A DNA stretch of 32,319 nucleotides from Octopus bimaculoides (GCF_001194135.2 NC_069007.1:10057641-10089959), one strand, 5' to 3'. Shown: positions 1 to 12,199, counted from the stretch's first letter. The notes: generated by a model from the sequence alone, not told the origin. Numbers and translations: made by a program.

Positions 1-350
1 GAGCACCGCCTTTAGTCGAGCAAATCGACCCCAGGACTTATTCTTTAGAAGCCTAGTACTTATTCTATCGGTCTTTTTTGCCGAACCGCTAAGTTACGGG
101 GACATAAACACACCAGCATCGGTTGTCAAGCAAAGTTGGGGGGACAAACACAGACACACAAACACACATACATACATACATATATATATATATATACATA
201 TATACGATGGGCTTCTTTCAGTTTCCGTCTACAAATCCACTCACAAGGCTTTGGTCGGCCCGAGGCAATAGTAGAAGACACTTGCCCAAGATGCCATGCA
301 GTGGGACTGAACCCTGGACCATGTGGTTGGTAAGCAAGCTACTTACCACA
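1..350 (-). mobile_element. tRNA-derived SINE family A (CORE-like motif, internal CA/TA microsatellite)
   Basis: Reverse complement has a tRNA-like head (B-box-like GGTTCAGTCCC) and CTTGGGCAAGT. Near-identical blocks recur more than 8 times in the window. Confidence 0.8.
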
Positions 351-384
351 TCATCATATAGATATATCATTATGGTCGTTTGCG

Positions 385-795
385 GTGCCATATAAATGGC
401 ACTTGTGATTCATTGTGGTCCATGTAAATGATACTTGTGCATCGTAGTCATGGTCATCAACGGTGCCATATAAATTGGCACCCGTGAGTCATAGTCATTG
501 CTGGTGCCATGCAAATGGCACCCATAAATCGTAGTCATGGTCGCTGCCAGTGCCATATAAATGGCACTCATGCTTCATAGATGTGGTCGGTGCCGGTACC
601 ATGTAAATGGCACCCGTGCCAGTAGAACATAAGAGCACCCATTAAACTTCTTGAATGGTTGGAGTTAGGAAGGGCACCCAGCTGTAGAGACCATGCCAAA
701 TCAGGCTGGAACCTGGTGCAGCTCTTCAGTTCCACTTGAACCATCTAACCCATGCCAGCATAGAGATCAGACGTTAAATGATGATGATGATGATG
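385..795 (+). mobile_element. RTE-like LINE 3' UTR (family E) with a tandem palindromic 5' array and (GAT)n tail
   Basis: Same GGTTGG(C/A)GTTAGGAAGGGCA...CCATGCCAGCAT...GTTAAATGATGATG sequence that follows RTE coding ends at 807 and 18575. Confidence 0.7.
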
Positions 796-806
796 CATGT
801 GTGTGT

Positions 807-1250
807 GTGTGCAAGAGAGATGACTGTGCTGGTATGGTCATGAGATGCATATGGATGAGGACAGCTGCATAAAGAAGTGCTGAGGAGGGAACCTGCGGAA
901 GAGGTAGACCCAGGAAGACATGGGATGAGGTGATGAAGCATGATCCTGAGATGTTGGGTCTCAAGGAGGTGATGTCAAATGATCGAGACCTTTGGCAATT
1001 TGCTGAGCTTGAGACGACACGTCAAGTCAAGGGAAACAGTAGTTGCGGCTGGTGCTGCTGACACATAAATGACATCCATGCTGGTGACACATACAAGGCA
1101 CCCACCACACTCTTGGAGTGGTTGGCGTTAGGAAGGGTTCCAGCTGTAGAAACCAAGCCAAACCAGACAGGAGCCTGGCACAGCTTTCTGGCTTACCAGT
1201 TCCTGCCAAACCATCTAAGCCATGCCAGCATGCTAAATGATGATGATGAT
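807..1250 (+). mobile_element. RTE-like LINE 3' end: decayed ORF C-terminus plus 3' UTR
   Basis: Frameshifted translation includes WYGHEMHMDEDSCIKKC and GTCGRGRPRKTWDEVMKHDPEMLGL, an RTE-type C-terminal motif (WxGH...GRGRPRxTW). Ends in a (GAT)n tail. Confidence 0.8.
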
Positions 1251-1266
1251 ATATACATATATAAGT

Positions 1267-1520
1267 AATGGCTGTGTGATAAGAAGTTTGCTTCCTAACC
1301 ACATGGTTCTGGGTTCAGTCCCACTGCATGGCACCTTGGGCAAGTGTCTTCTACTATAGCCTTGGGTCAACCAAATTCTTGTGAGTGGATTTGGAAGACA
1401 GAAACTGAAAAAAGCTCACCGTATGTGTGTGTGTGTCTGTGTTTGTCCCCCATCACTGCTTGACAACTGGTATTGGTGTGTTTACATCACCATAACTTAA
1501 TGGTTTGGCAAAAGAGACTG
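1267..1520 (+). mobile_element. SINE family A, truncated by gap
   Basis: TGGCTGTGTGAT A-box-like and GGTTCAGTCCC B-box-like motifs, CTTGGGCAAGTGTCTTCTACTATAGCC body. Confidence 0.8.
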
Positions 1521-2212
1521 NNNNNNNNNNNNNNNNNNNNNNNNNNNNNNNNNNNNNNNNNNNNNNNNNNNNNNNNNNNNNNNNNNNNNNNNNNNNNNNN
1601 NNNNNNNNNNNNNNNNNNNNNNNNNNNNNNNNNNNNNNNNNNNNNNNNNNNNNNNNNNNNNNNNNNNNNNNNNNNNNNNNNNNNNNNNNNNNNNNNNNNN
1701 NNNNNNNNNNNNNNNNNNNNNNNNNNNNNNNNNNNNNNNNNNNNNNNNNNNNNNNNNNNNNNNNNNNNNNNNNNNNNNNNNNNNNNNNNNNNNNNNNNNN
1801 NNNNNNNNNNNNNNNNNNNNNNNNNNNNNNNNNNNNNNNNNNNNNNNNNNNNNNNNNNNNNNNNNNNNNNNNNNNNNNNNNNNNNNNNNNNNNNNNNNNN
1901 NNNNNNNNNNNNNNNNNNNNNNNNNNNNNNNNNNNNNNNNNNNNNNNNNNNNNNNNNNNNNNNNNNNNNNNNNNNNNNNNNNNNNNNNNNNNNNNNNNNN
2001 NNNNNNNNNNNNNNNNNNNNNNNNNNNNNNNNNNNNNNNNNNNNNNNNNNNNNNNNNNNNNNNNNNNNNNNNNNNNNNNNNNNNNNNNNNNNNNNNNNNN
2101 NNNNNNNNNNNNNNNNNNNNNNNNNNNNNNTTTTATGTGCCACCCACACAAGCCAGTCCAAGGGCACTGACAACGATCTCGCTCGAAAATCCTTATATAT
2201 ATATACATATAT

Positions 2213-2583
2213 ATGATGGGCTTCTTTCAGTTTCTTATTTTTTTATTGCCCACAAGGGGCTAAACTTAGAGGGGACAAACAAGGACAGACAAAGGGATTA
2301 AGTCGATTACATCAACCCAGTGCGTAACTGGTACTTAATTTATCAACCCCGAAAGGATGAAAGGCAAAGTCGACCTCGGCGGAATTTGAACTCAGAACAT
2401 AACTGCTAAGCATTTCGCCCGGTGTGCTAACGTTTCTGTCAGCTTGCCTTCTTTCAGTTTCTGTTTACCAAACCCACTCACAAGGCTTTGGTTGGCCTGA
2501 GAAGACACTTACTCAAGGTGCCACACAGTGGGACTGAACCTAGAACCATGTGTTTGGGAAGCAAACTACTTACCACACAGCCT
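2213..2583 (-). mobile_element. SINE family A interrupted by a family B insertion
   Basis: Family A sequence stops at 2235 and resumes at 2449 with a duplicated TTCTTTCAGTTTCT. Confidence 0.8.
2236..2448 (-). mobile_element. tRNA-derived SINE family B (Deu/Nin-domain-like), nested, with target-site duplication
   Basis: Reverse complement contains GTTCTGAGTTCAAATTCCGCC (B-box) and GCCTTTCATCCTTTCGGGGTTGATAAATTAAGTACCAG, which resembles the Deu/Nin SINE domain as recalled. Flanked by a 14-15 bp direct repeat. Confidence 0.8.
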
Positions 2584-2590
2584 ATACATG

Positions 2591-2633
<43 letters not shown>

Positions 2634-2739
2634 GTATTCATTCTTTCTTTGGGTTAATGAGTACATGGAAAGATAAAGAACTGGAAAAAATAAAGAGTAA
2701 TCCAGGCAATAATATCTTCATGGAACTGGTGATGTGTGT

Positions 2740-3263
2740 TTATGTTAGTGTGTGTGTGTGTACATCTAGGTATCTATCTGTGAGTGTGTTTGTACCCATA
2801 TATGCATGTATTAATGTGTGTGTGTATTTGTAGTTGTGTATACGCATGTATACATGTATCTATATCTGTGTGTGTTTGTATGCATGCATGTACTTATCTA
2901 TGAAAGCGTGTGCATGCGTATGCACTTATACATGCATTTACCCATGTATGCACATGTGTGCGTATATATACACACAGGATGATGAAATATATACTCAGTT
3001 ATTGCTGGTTATTTTCTATAAACTGTTTACTTTGTACAAAATTTATTGATGGTTAAATTTAGGTTTCAATGATGAAGACATGTTTCGCACTTAAACAAAG
3101 TTAAACAAGCAGATACAAAGAGTGAGTACAAGGTGGACCGGGTCAGTTGGGTGGACAGAGGGATGGACGGATGGAGAGATCTTTAGATATTTAAATGTAT
3201 ATGTATACATATAGGTAGTTATCTGTGTATGTTTTTATTCATATATATAAATATATTGATATT

Positions 3264-3323
<60 letters not shown>

Positions 3324-3626
3324 GATACATGTCTATGTATGTATATACACATATATGTATGTGTATGCACGTCACGTCTACATTATTATATATATATATA
3401 TATATATACATATTTGCATATAAACATATACATATATATATATATCAAATGTATACACACACATATATATATATATACACAATTACAGTCACACACATGT
3501 ATGTGTATATGTACGTATATATGTATCTATGTATGTATGTGTAGATGGATGGATGGATAGCTAAGTCAAACAGTTATTTAAAATGTGTATGTATATATAT
3601 CTATCTCTAGCTACCTATGTGTGTGT

Positions 3627-3696
<70 letters not shown>

Positions 3697-4075
3697 GAAA
3701 GAGAGAGGGAGGGTGTATGCAAGAAATTGTGAAAATGTGAGAAACAAGGTTTAAAACCTAAACATGTTTACATTAGTTTATCCATGTAACGAAGCTGCCT
3801 ACCATAGTATTTATAGTGTTCAGCATCCGGACACATGATGATGATGAGGAGGAGGAGGAGGAAGAGGAGGAGGAAGAGGAGGAGGATATTTGATAGAGAG
3901 GAATATATAATGATGTGGATAGGTACATATATATATACGATGCTGTGGATATGCATGCACACACACATATACACATACATTTATACACATATGTATATAG
4001 AGATATATATTTCCACATATACATATATATACACACACACACACATATATGCAAACACACACATACATATATGAG
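2740..4075. repeat. Compound (TA)n/(CA)n/(TG)n/(GAG)n low-complexity tract
   Basis: Directly visible; generates the YIYI/VCVC/THTH ORFs. Confidence 0.95.
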
Positions 4076-4436
4076 AAAGATTCAAGAAAAATATCCAGGT
4101 ATGCCTGCTGCATGAAAACTAAACAGTAAAGTGGGCGCTAACATAATTAATGTTGTGAGATAAGAAACATTAATTAATTAAAAATTACAGTCTATTTCTG
4201 TAAACATCGTCAGAGATTTCAACACCTCTGCCCTTATTACCATTCCTTACTTAACTTCACAGAGCCTGGCTTTTTTGATGGTTCTAGATTTCCAAGAACT
4301 ACTTCACCTCTACACCCATCTCCAAGCATCTGTTACTCTCCCCCGCCACCTCAAACTCTTCTGCAATTCCTGCACCACTACCACCAATCCACAGTTTGTG
4401 TCCTCTCTTATGCTTACATTCTTGTTTTTGCTCTAG

Positions 4437-4880
4437 CTAGTCCAACCTGTTTGGATATAATTGCTGGGTAGCCATGTATCTCCTGGTATAATAGAGGGAC
4501 AAACTGAGGAGACTTGTGAAATGAAGTGCCCTGCTTAAGAACATAGTGTACTGCCTGGACCAAGAATCAAAGCAAGACCCCTTGGCTTGTCCCTGTATTA
4601 TACAATAGCCATTAAACACCTGACAGAAAGTTACCTGTTACACTCTCTTCATTTTTACTTAAAACCCCTGCCCCTTCCCCAACCACTACTGTCTTTTCAC
4701 CATCTTGTACCTTGAGAGTTTGCTCTGGTACCCCATCACTACATCTTTATATCCTTCACGGCTACCCTTATATGATGTGAGATAACCATGTACCTATCTG
4801 TATGATATAGCAACAAGCCAAGGGGTCTCGTGAAATGAAGTGCCTTATCTATGAACATAATGTACTCCCTAGGCCAAGAA
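4437..4880 (-). mobile_element. Two decayed copies of SINE family D (Meta-domain-like)
   Basis: GTGAAATGAAGTGCC(C/T)TG/TA motif at about 4517 and 4830 with similar upstream sequence; same motif at 10583. Confidence 0.55.
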
Positions 4881-5084
4881 CATAATGTCAACACCTGAGG
4901 CATGGTACACCTGTGCACCTGTTCAGACAATGTTGCTTTGATGGAGAGAGTGAGATAATGCACAACACAAGCATTTTATCATTATAAACAAATCATTTGT
5001 GAAGGTCATTCGGCAAGCTGAATGCTCTTACGTCGTCTTCAGTGAGAGAGAGTCCATCATCATATACATATCATCATCATCATT

Positions 5085-5220
5085 ATCTGGACTGATGTGG
5101 CAAGGTTGCTATGGCTGGATGCCCTTCCTAATGCCAACTACTCTGAGAGTGTAATGGGTGCTTTTACATGCCACCAACATGGGTGCCATTTGCATGACAC
5201 CAATATCTGTCATGGCTACG
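5085..5220 (-). mobile_element. Family E (RTE-like 3' UTR) fragment
   Basis: CTATGGCTGGATGCCCTTCCTAATGCCAAC is the reverse complement of the family E core. Confidence 0.65.
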
Positions 5221-5235
5221 ATTTCAATGACAAGA

Positions 5236-5484
5236 AGGTATGTGGCTTAGTGGATAAAGCATTTGGCTCATGACAGTAAGGTTGTGAGTTCAATTACTGG
5301 TGGCACATTGTATCCTTGAGCTTTATTTCACGTTGCTCCATTCAACTCATCTGTGTCTCGCAGAATCTCCCTGAGAACCACATTAAGGGTATGCATGTCC
5401 GTGGTGTACTCAGCCACTTGCACATTAATTTCATAAGCAGGCTGTTCCATTGATCAAATCAACTGGAACCCTTGTTTTTATAAC
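5236..5484 (+). mobile_element. SINE with a family D-like head and family C 3' body
   Basis: Head TGTGGCTTAGTGG...GAGTTCAATT...TGTATCCTTGAG-CTTTATTTCACGTTGCTCC is followed by CAGCCACTTGCACATTAATTTCATAAGCAGGCTGTTCC...AACTGGAACCC, the family C tail. Confidence 0.6.
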
Positions 5485-5529
5485 TGACAGAGTGATATTT
5501 ATATATATTTTATTTATTTATGTGCCCTT

Positions 5530-5814
5530 TTCAAGCCTAGCCAGGCTCTTGGGCCTGGTTGCTATGGTGTATGTGTTCCCTCCAGCTGGACGGGATGCCA
5601 GTCCATCGCAGCATTACTCAAGAAACAGGAAGAAAGATTGAGAGAAAGTTGGGGCAAAAGAGTACAACAAGGGTCATTACCAACCCCTGCCAGGACCTCT
5701 TGGAGCTTTAGGTGTTTTCGCTCAATAAACACACACAACGCTCGGTCTGGGAATCGAAGTCGCAATCCTCCGACCGCGAGTCCATTGCCCTAACCACTGG
5801 ACCATTGCGCCTCC

Positions 5815-5815
<1 letters not shown>
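5530..5815 (-). mobile_element. SINE with a family C tRNA head and an alternative 3' body
   Basis: 5700-5815 matches the family C head (GGAGCTTTAGGTGTTTTCGCTCAATAAACAC...CCTAACCACTGG). 5530-5630 does not match the family C tail and resembles 10490-10550. Confidence 0.7.
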
Positions 5816-5872
<57 letters not shown>

Positions 5873-6070
5873 GCCAGTGCCACCTGACAGGCTCCTGTGC
5901 CAGTGGCACATAAGAGCATCCACTATGCTCTCAGGGTGATTGGCATTAGGAAGGGCATCCAGCTGTAGAGACCATGCCAAATCAGATTGGACCCTGGTGC
6001 AGCCTCCCAGCTTGCCAATTCTCAATGCAAGTATGGAAAGCAGATGTTAAAGACAATGATGATGATGAAG
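5873..6070 (+). mobile_element. Family E (RTE-like 3' UTR)
   Basis: GGCATTAGGAAGGGCATCCAGCTGTAGAGACCATGCC...GATGTTAAAGACAATGATGATG. Confidence 0.7.
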
Positions 6071-6515
6071 AAATACATATATATATATATGTATGTATGT
6101 ATAGAGATAGAGAAGTGGAATCCAAAATGGTCTTGGTACAGGTAGTTTGTAAGGATCAAGCATGTACATAGCTTGTATAGTTGACATAAAGTGGATGGTA
6201 TTCAATCAACAAAGTTTATTAATCAACATATGTTATTCATTACATCCCATGCTAAATTAGATAGAGATCTCAAAACAAAAACGACTGCCACAATACAACT
6301 CATTGTTTAGCAACAAAGATTACTAATTATGCAGTTATAAGCTGATAGGTGTAGGGAATGGAGAAGGTAAATCTGTACTACATATGTTTTCAAACCAACC
6401 TGAACATGTCTTACATAACTTAAAGGTATAAAACATATATACACCTTAGCTTTTCTTCCGGTCGGATTACCTGCAGTTTTAAGACATTATCATAAGGACA
6501 GATATATGTGTGTGT

Positions 6516-6552
<37 letters not shown>

Positions 6553-6661
6553 CACCTTTTAAACTGTCCAACCCATAACAGGATGGAAAACAGAAATTAA
6601 ATGAGGAGGAGGAGGAGGAGGATGATTATGATGATGATATATGTGTGTGTGTGAGTATGTA

Positions 6662-6726
<65 letters not shown>

Positions 6727-7430
6727 GTATAGAAATTTATGTATTATAATCAAATATATATATGAAATATATGTACATATACATGTGTATGTTTGTGTGT
6801 GTCTGCATACACACACACACATGCACGCATACACACACATATATATAGATGTATGTGTATGCGCGCGTGCACACGCACACACACACACACACCACTACTT
6901 AGTATGATCAATACCATTGTACTTGTTGATTTTTCAGACAGTTCAAAACTTGCTTAATATCTGACACTGATTTTTTTTCTTCATTTCTCATTTTGTTTTT
7001 TTTTTTTGTCTCTACTCCCACCACCACCACCACCACCATCGACAATTACATTCAAAGGATCTGTTTGATATCTTTGAAGTGATGGCCATCAAAGCCAGAC
7101 TTATTCATCAATGACGTTCACAGACAAGTCACCTATTGTCATCATTTACAGCCAACATAACTCACACAGTAATGCATTCTGAGTGCCGGCTTGGCAAGCT
7201 AACTAGCAACTTGTCTGGATTACTAAATTGATGTCGCATACTGAAGCTATGTGGTTAAAAAGTTTTGCATTGGAAGCAAGAGCTGCTGGGTTTCAAGATC
7301 ATTTCGTGGAATCTTGGGGAAGTTGTCTTGTAACAGAGATATGAGTTAGAACTGGTCAATGCCTTCCTCAGTGACATCTTGGTAGATGGATGCTTGGAAT
7401 ATATTTATATATATAGATATATATATATAC

Positions 7431-7594
7431 AACAGGCTTCTTTCAGTTTCCGTCTACCAAATCCACTCACAAGGTTTTGGTCGGCCCAAGGCTATAGTAG
7501 AAAGACACTTGCCCAAGGTGCCACGCAGTGGGTCTGAACCCAGAACCATGTGGTTGGTAAGCAAGCTACTTACCACACAGCCACTCCTGCGCCT
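7431..7594 (-). mobile_element. SINE family A head
   Basis: Ends ...CACACAGCCACTCCTGCGCC, the reverse complement of the GGCGCAGGAGTGGCTGTGTG 5' end. Confidence 0.8.
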
Positions 7595-7872
7595 ATATAT
7601 ATACATATATCTTATCTATAAAAGGCAGATTTTCTGTGTGTGTGTGTATATGTTTAAAATTCATATATTTACACAATTCTAAATCCAAACTTAGACTCCG
7701 ATGTGTTTGCAGGGAATCAATTCCACAAGCTAAAGAAGGGTTATGGCTCCATAACTACTCAGCTATATATATATATATATGTAAATACCTCAGTATAACG
7801 TAACCACATGCGGATCGTTGACGATTTTTTTTCCTCCATCTTCCTTTCGTCTTGGACTTTTCTCTGTATCCT

Positions 7873-7906
7873 GTTTCTGAAGAAGAGCTTTGCTCAAAAC
7901 ATAAAC
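7873..7906 (+). ncRNA. Decayed minimal hammerhead-ribozyme-like motif (Penelope-type)
   Basis: GTTT-CTGAAGA-A-GAGC-TTT-GCTC-AAAAC-ATA-AAC. Core CTGANGA and a 4-bp stem II are intact; the expected GAAAC-GTA reads AAAAC-ATA, two CpG-type transitions. Confidence 0.5.
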
Positions 7907-8855
7907 TACCTTTCTTTCCTTCCCCGAGCNNNNNNNNNNNNNNNNNNNNNNNNNNNNNNNNNNNNNNNNNNNNNNNNNNNNNNNNNNNNNNNNNNNNNNN
8001 NNNNNNNNNNNNNNNNNNNNNNNNNNNNNNNNNNNNNNNNNNNNNNNNNNNNNNNNNNNNNNNNNNNNNNNNNNNNNNNNNNNNNNNNNNNNNNNNNNNN
8101 NNNNNNNNNNNNNNNNNNNNNNNNNNNNNNNNNNNNNNTATATATATATATATATATATATGTATATTTAAATGTATGTGTGTGTGTGTGAAATTGCCCC
8201 TTAATTACCATTACTCACAGGTCCATTCTGACCCTGAATAATTTCATCTGCCAGGGTCTTGTCCAAGAGTTAAATAAATTTCTCTGGTCTAGCGGAGGCT
8301 CTCGATACTTTGACAAAACCATGAGGAGAAAGATGTTCTGGCTCGAAACCTGCAGTCAAAGATAGTTATCAAACATCTTGCAATGCTTGTCACTGGAACC
8401 TTCTTTGACGACCGAGAGAGAAGCAAAAGTGTTGTACAAGCTTTTGTAACTTAACTCCAAAAACATACAGATGTCTCACTATCATTTTAATGCGAGCTGG
8501 CCATCATCTGAAAAGATGAGATAATCACCATCATAATATATGAACAAGTGAGTGTGCACGCATGCACATCTGTGTGTGTGAACAATATAAACATATATGT
8601 GGTGAGCAGTTGCTCACAAGTGAGTATGACTCGAAAACTTGTACCATGCTTCATTTATTCCTTTAGGTGCCTGTATAGTCACAAGCAGATACAGACACTC
8701 TCTCGGCCACCCTACTCTAAACCTAGTAGAACATTAGGTATGTGACAGCTGGAGGGCGAGAAAAACTGTACCAGCACTAGGCTGGTACTCAATTACAGCT
8801 GAACAGACTGAGGCAATTAAAAAATTAAGTGCCTTGTTTAAGATATTGATAGCAA

Positions 8856-8859
8856 TATA

Positions 8860-8894
<35 letters not shown>

Positions 8895-8907
8895 GTGTGT
8901 GTGTGTA

Positions 8908-8938
<31 letters not shown>

Positions 8939-8989
8939 ATATATGTGTGTGTGTGTGTGTGTGTNNNNNNNNNNGTGTGTGTATGTATG

Positions 8990-9034
<45 letters not shown>

Positions 9035-9170
9035 ATATATATATGTGTGTGTGTGCATGTGTATATATATATATATATATATGCATAAACATATGCTCAT
9101 AAATAAATTTATATTTATATATATGCATATGCACACACAAACACACATATTTATATGTATATATATAATG

Positions 9171-9249
<79 letters not shown>

Positions 9250-9839
9250 TGTGTGTGTATGTCTATGTGCGTATATATATATATATAAATATATATATAT
9301 TTATATATGTACACACACACACATATACATCTACATAAACATACACAAATGCATACATATATACACACGTGTGTGTCTGTATATGTGAGTGCATGTATAT
9401 GCACGACGATGTGTGAGTGTGTGTAAACATATTTATACACACTATTATATACCCAGTTCATACAGCCAAACTAAAAGGAAAATATCTGCTAAATGTTAAC
9501 CCAAACAAAACCAACAATAAAAACAACAAAAATAAATGCAAACAGAACAAAGAAAAAAAAATCATTAGACAGGAAACACAACAACAAGAAATACTGCAAC
9601 AAAATCAATTTGAATTAACAAAAGACTTGTTGTGTGTCTCTGTGTGTGTCTGTCTGTGTGTGTGTGTGCACGTGTTTGTGTATGTGTGTATGTGTGTGTG
9701 TGTGTGTGTTTGTGTATGTGTGTGTCTGTGTATGTACATATGCACAGACAGATATTCACACATAAACGCACATGTATATACATATATAGACATACGTGCA
9801 CATACACACACATATTCATATGTAAGTATATTTATATAC

Positions 9840-9876
<37 letters not shown>

Positions 9877-9891
9877 AACACATATATATAA

Positions 9892-9922
<31 letters not shown>

Positions 9923-9972
9923 CACATATAATTACATACATGCACACACATACATTTTCAAATGTATACATA

Positions 9973-10004
<32 letters not shown>

Positions 10005-10130
10005 CATACACATGTGTGTATGTATGTATAGAGATATAAGTATTATATATATATATATATACACATATATATTTATATATGTGTGTATATGCATTATACA
10101 CACACACACATACACACACAAACACACACA
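8856..10130. repeat. Compound (TG)n/(TA)n/(GA)n/(CA)n low-complexity tract
   Basis: Directly visible, with one short A-rich unique interruption at about 9440-9625. Confidence 0.95.
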
Positions 10131-10327
10131 TAATTTTACTGGTTTCAGTGATTGAAGTGCAGTGACTCTGGGCCGCCGCCATCAAGTGTTTTAGTCAATC
10201 ATATTGACCAAAATATTTATTTCAGTCTGTTGCTTATCTTATTGATTTCTGTTTGTTGAACATCTAAATTAATTTTTTGAAATATACAGATGAAACTTCA
10301 TGTATCTGTTATATTCATACATGCACG

Positions 10328-10373
<46 letters not shown>

Positions 10374-10479
10374 CATATATATGTCACTATATTGACCAAG
10401 CCCTCAGATGCTGTTACACACCACTGGCCACAACGTGCCTCCTTACAGTGTTGAAAGCTTCGAATGATGCCACCTTGCT

Positions 10480-10625
10480 GCTAGCTGGGTGGGCAGGCCA
10501 TTGGTCGTCCTGACAGGACACCAGTTCATCACAGGGTTACTCATTTGCAGCTGAGTGGACTGGGCGCCAGGGCGGGGAGGCATGAAATGAAGTGCCTTGT
10601 TCAAGAATGTAATGTGTTGCTGATC
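10480..10625 (-). mobile_element. SINE family D fragment
   Basis: CAGCTGAGTGGACTGG...ATGAAATGAAGTGCCTTGTTCAAGAA. Confidence 0.55.
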
Positions 10626-12084
10626 TGAGAAATGAGTGTAGCATTTCAAATATAAAATTTGAAAGTGCTAGGGTTAAATATGCACAAGGTCAAGCATCTA
10701 TGGTAGTAGAAAAGGAATTTTTAACTCTTATTTCTAAATTTAGTATGTGGTGAAGTGATTAGCTGACCTCTAATTATAATTATGTTTATAATTATAGAAT
10801 ATTTGTGTAATTTTACCTAAAAAGGTAATTTTAACGTACCGATCTACTTGGTAAAATTATTAATTGATTAATTAATTAATTTTACCCTTTTATTATTAAT
10901 ATATATATATATGTATATATATTAAAAGGATGTGTTGTTATACTCTTCCACATATACAAAAACAGCCATACCAACAATCCAACATACCTCCATCATCAGC
11001 TGCCCATCATATATCATTACAGTTTCGACATCTGGGCAGTAGCATTCAATGCGGCAGTGTCAACAGCACTAAAATAAGTGGTGTTGTCTGGGAACAAACA
11101 TACCAAAGAAACCACAACTTTCAAACATATTTATCCTATGTACAACAGATTCAGTAAATAAATTCAATAAGTAAATCAATAACTAATTCCTAAATATGTA
11201 ACTAAACAGCGACCAAACCCTTTAAGTCATACATTTTATTCCCTACAGTCTTCCATATNNNNNNNNNNNNNNNNNNNNNNNNNNNNNNNNNNNNNNNNNN
11301 NNNNNNNNNNNNNNNNNNNNNNNNNNNNNNNNNNNNNNNNNNNNNNNNNNNNNNNNNNNNNNNNNNNNNNNNNNNNNNNNNNNNNNNNNNNNNNNNNNNN
11401 NNNNNNNNNNNNNNNNNNNNNNNNNNNNNNNNNNNNNNNNNNNNNNNNNNNNNNNNNNNNNNNNNNNNNNNNNNNNNNNNNNNNNNNNNNNNNNNNNNNN
11501 NNNNNNNNNNNNNNNNNNNNNNNNNNNNNNNNNNNNNNNNNNNNNNNNNNNNNNNNNNNNNNNNNNNNNNNNNNNNNNNNNNNNNNNNNNNNNNNNNNNN
11601 NNNNNNNNNNNNNNNNNNNNNNNNNNNNNNNNNNNNNNNNNNNNNNNNNNNNNNNNNNNNNNNNNNNNNNNNNNNNNNNNNNNNNNNNNNNNNNNNNNNN
11701 NNNNNNNNNNNNNNNNNNNNNNNNNNNNNNNNNNNNNNNNNNNNNNNNNNNNNNNNNNNNNNNNNNNNNNNNNNNNNNNNNNNNNNNNNNNNNNNNNNNN
11801 NNNNNNNNNNNNNNNNNNNNNNNATGTGTCCATCTGTTTTAATTTAATTCTATGTATTTATGCAGCTGAGGATTGCTCTGCATTTAAATTGATGTAATGG
11901 TTGCATTGTTCAATTAAATGGAGTCACTTGAAACGATCATACTGCATTACCTCTGGATATCCTGTTGCTTATTTTGATTCTGATCACCTTATTTTGAAAC
12001 TATGGATATTACCGTACTAAATTCTGGTGCCTCAACTTAAGTACCTAATTCATCTGAATCTAAATTTTTACATGNNNNNNNNNN

Positions 12085-12127
<43 letters not shown>

Positions 12128-12199
12128 GAATATCTGTCCCACTTGGGGCATGACTATTAAATATTGAAATTTATTTCAACAAAACAGGGAAAGCATACA

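Noticed and set aside
3768-3980. Minus-strand peptide CPDAEHYKYYGRQLRYMDKLM as a DNAJC28 exon
   Set aside because: No acceptor (preceded by microsatellite) and no resemblance to the expected DUF1992 sequence.
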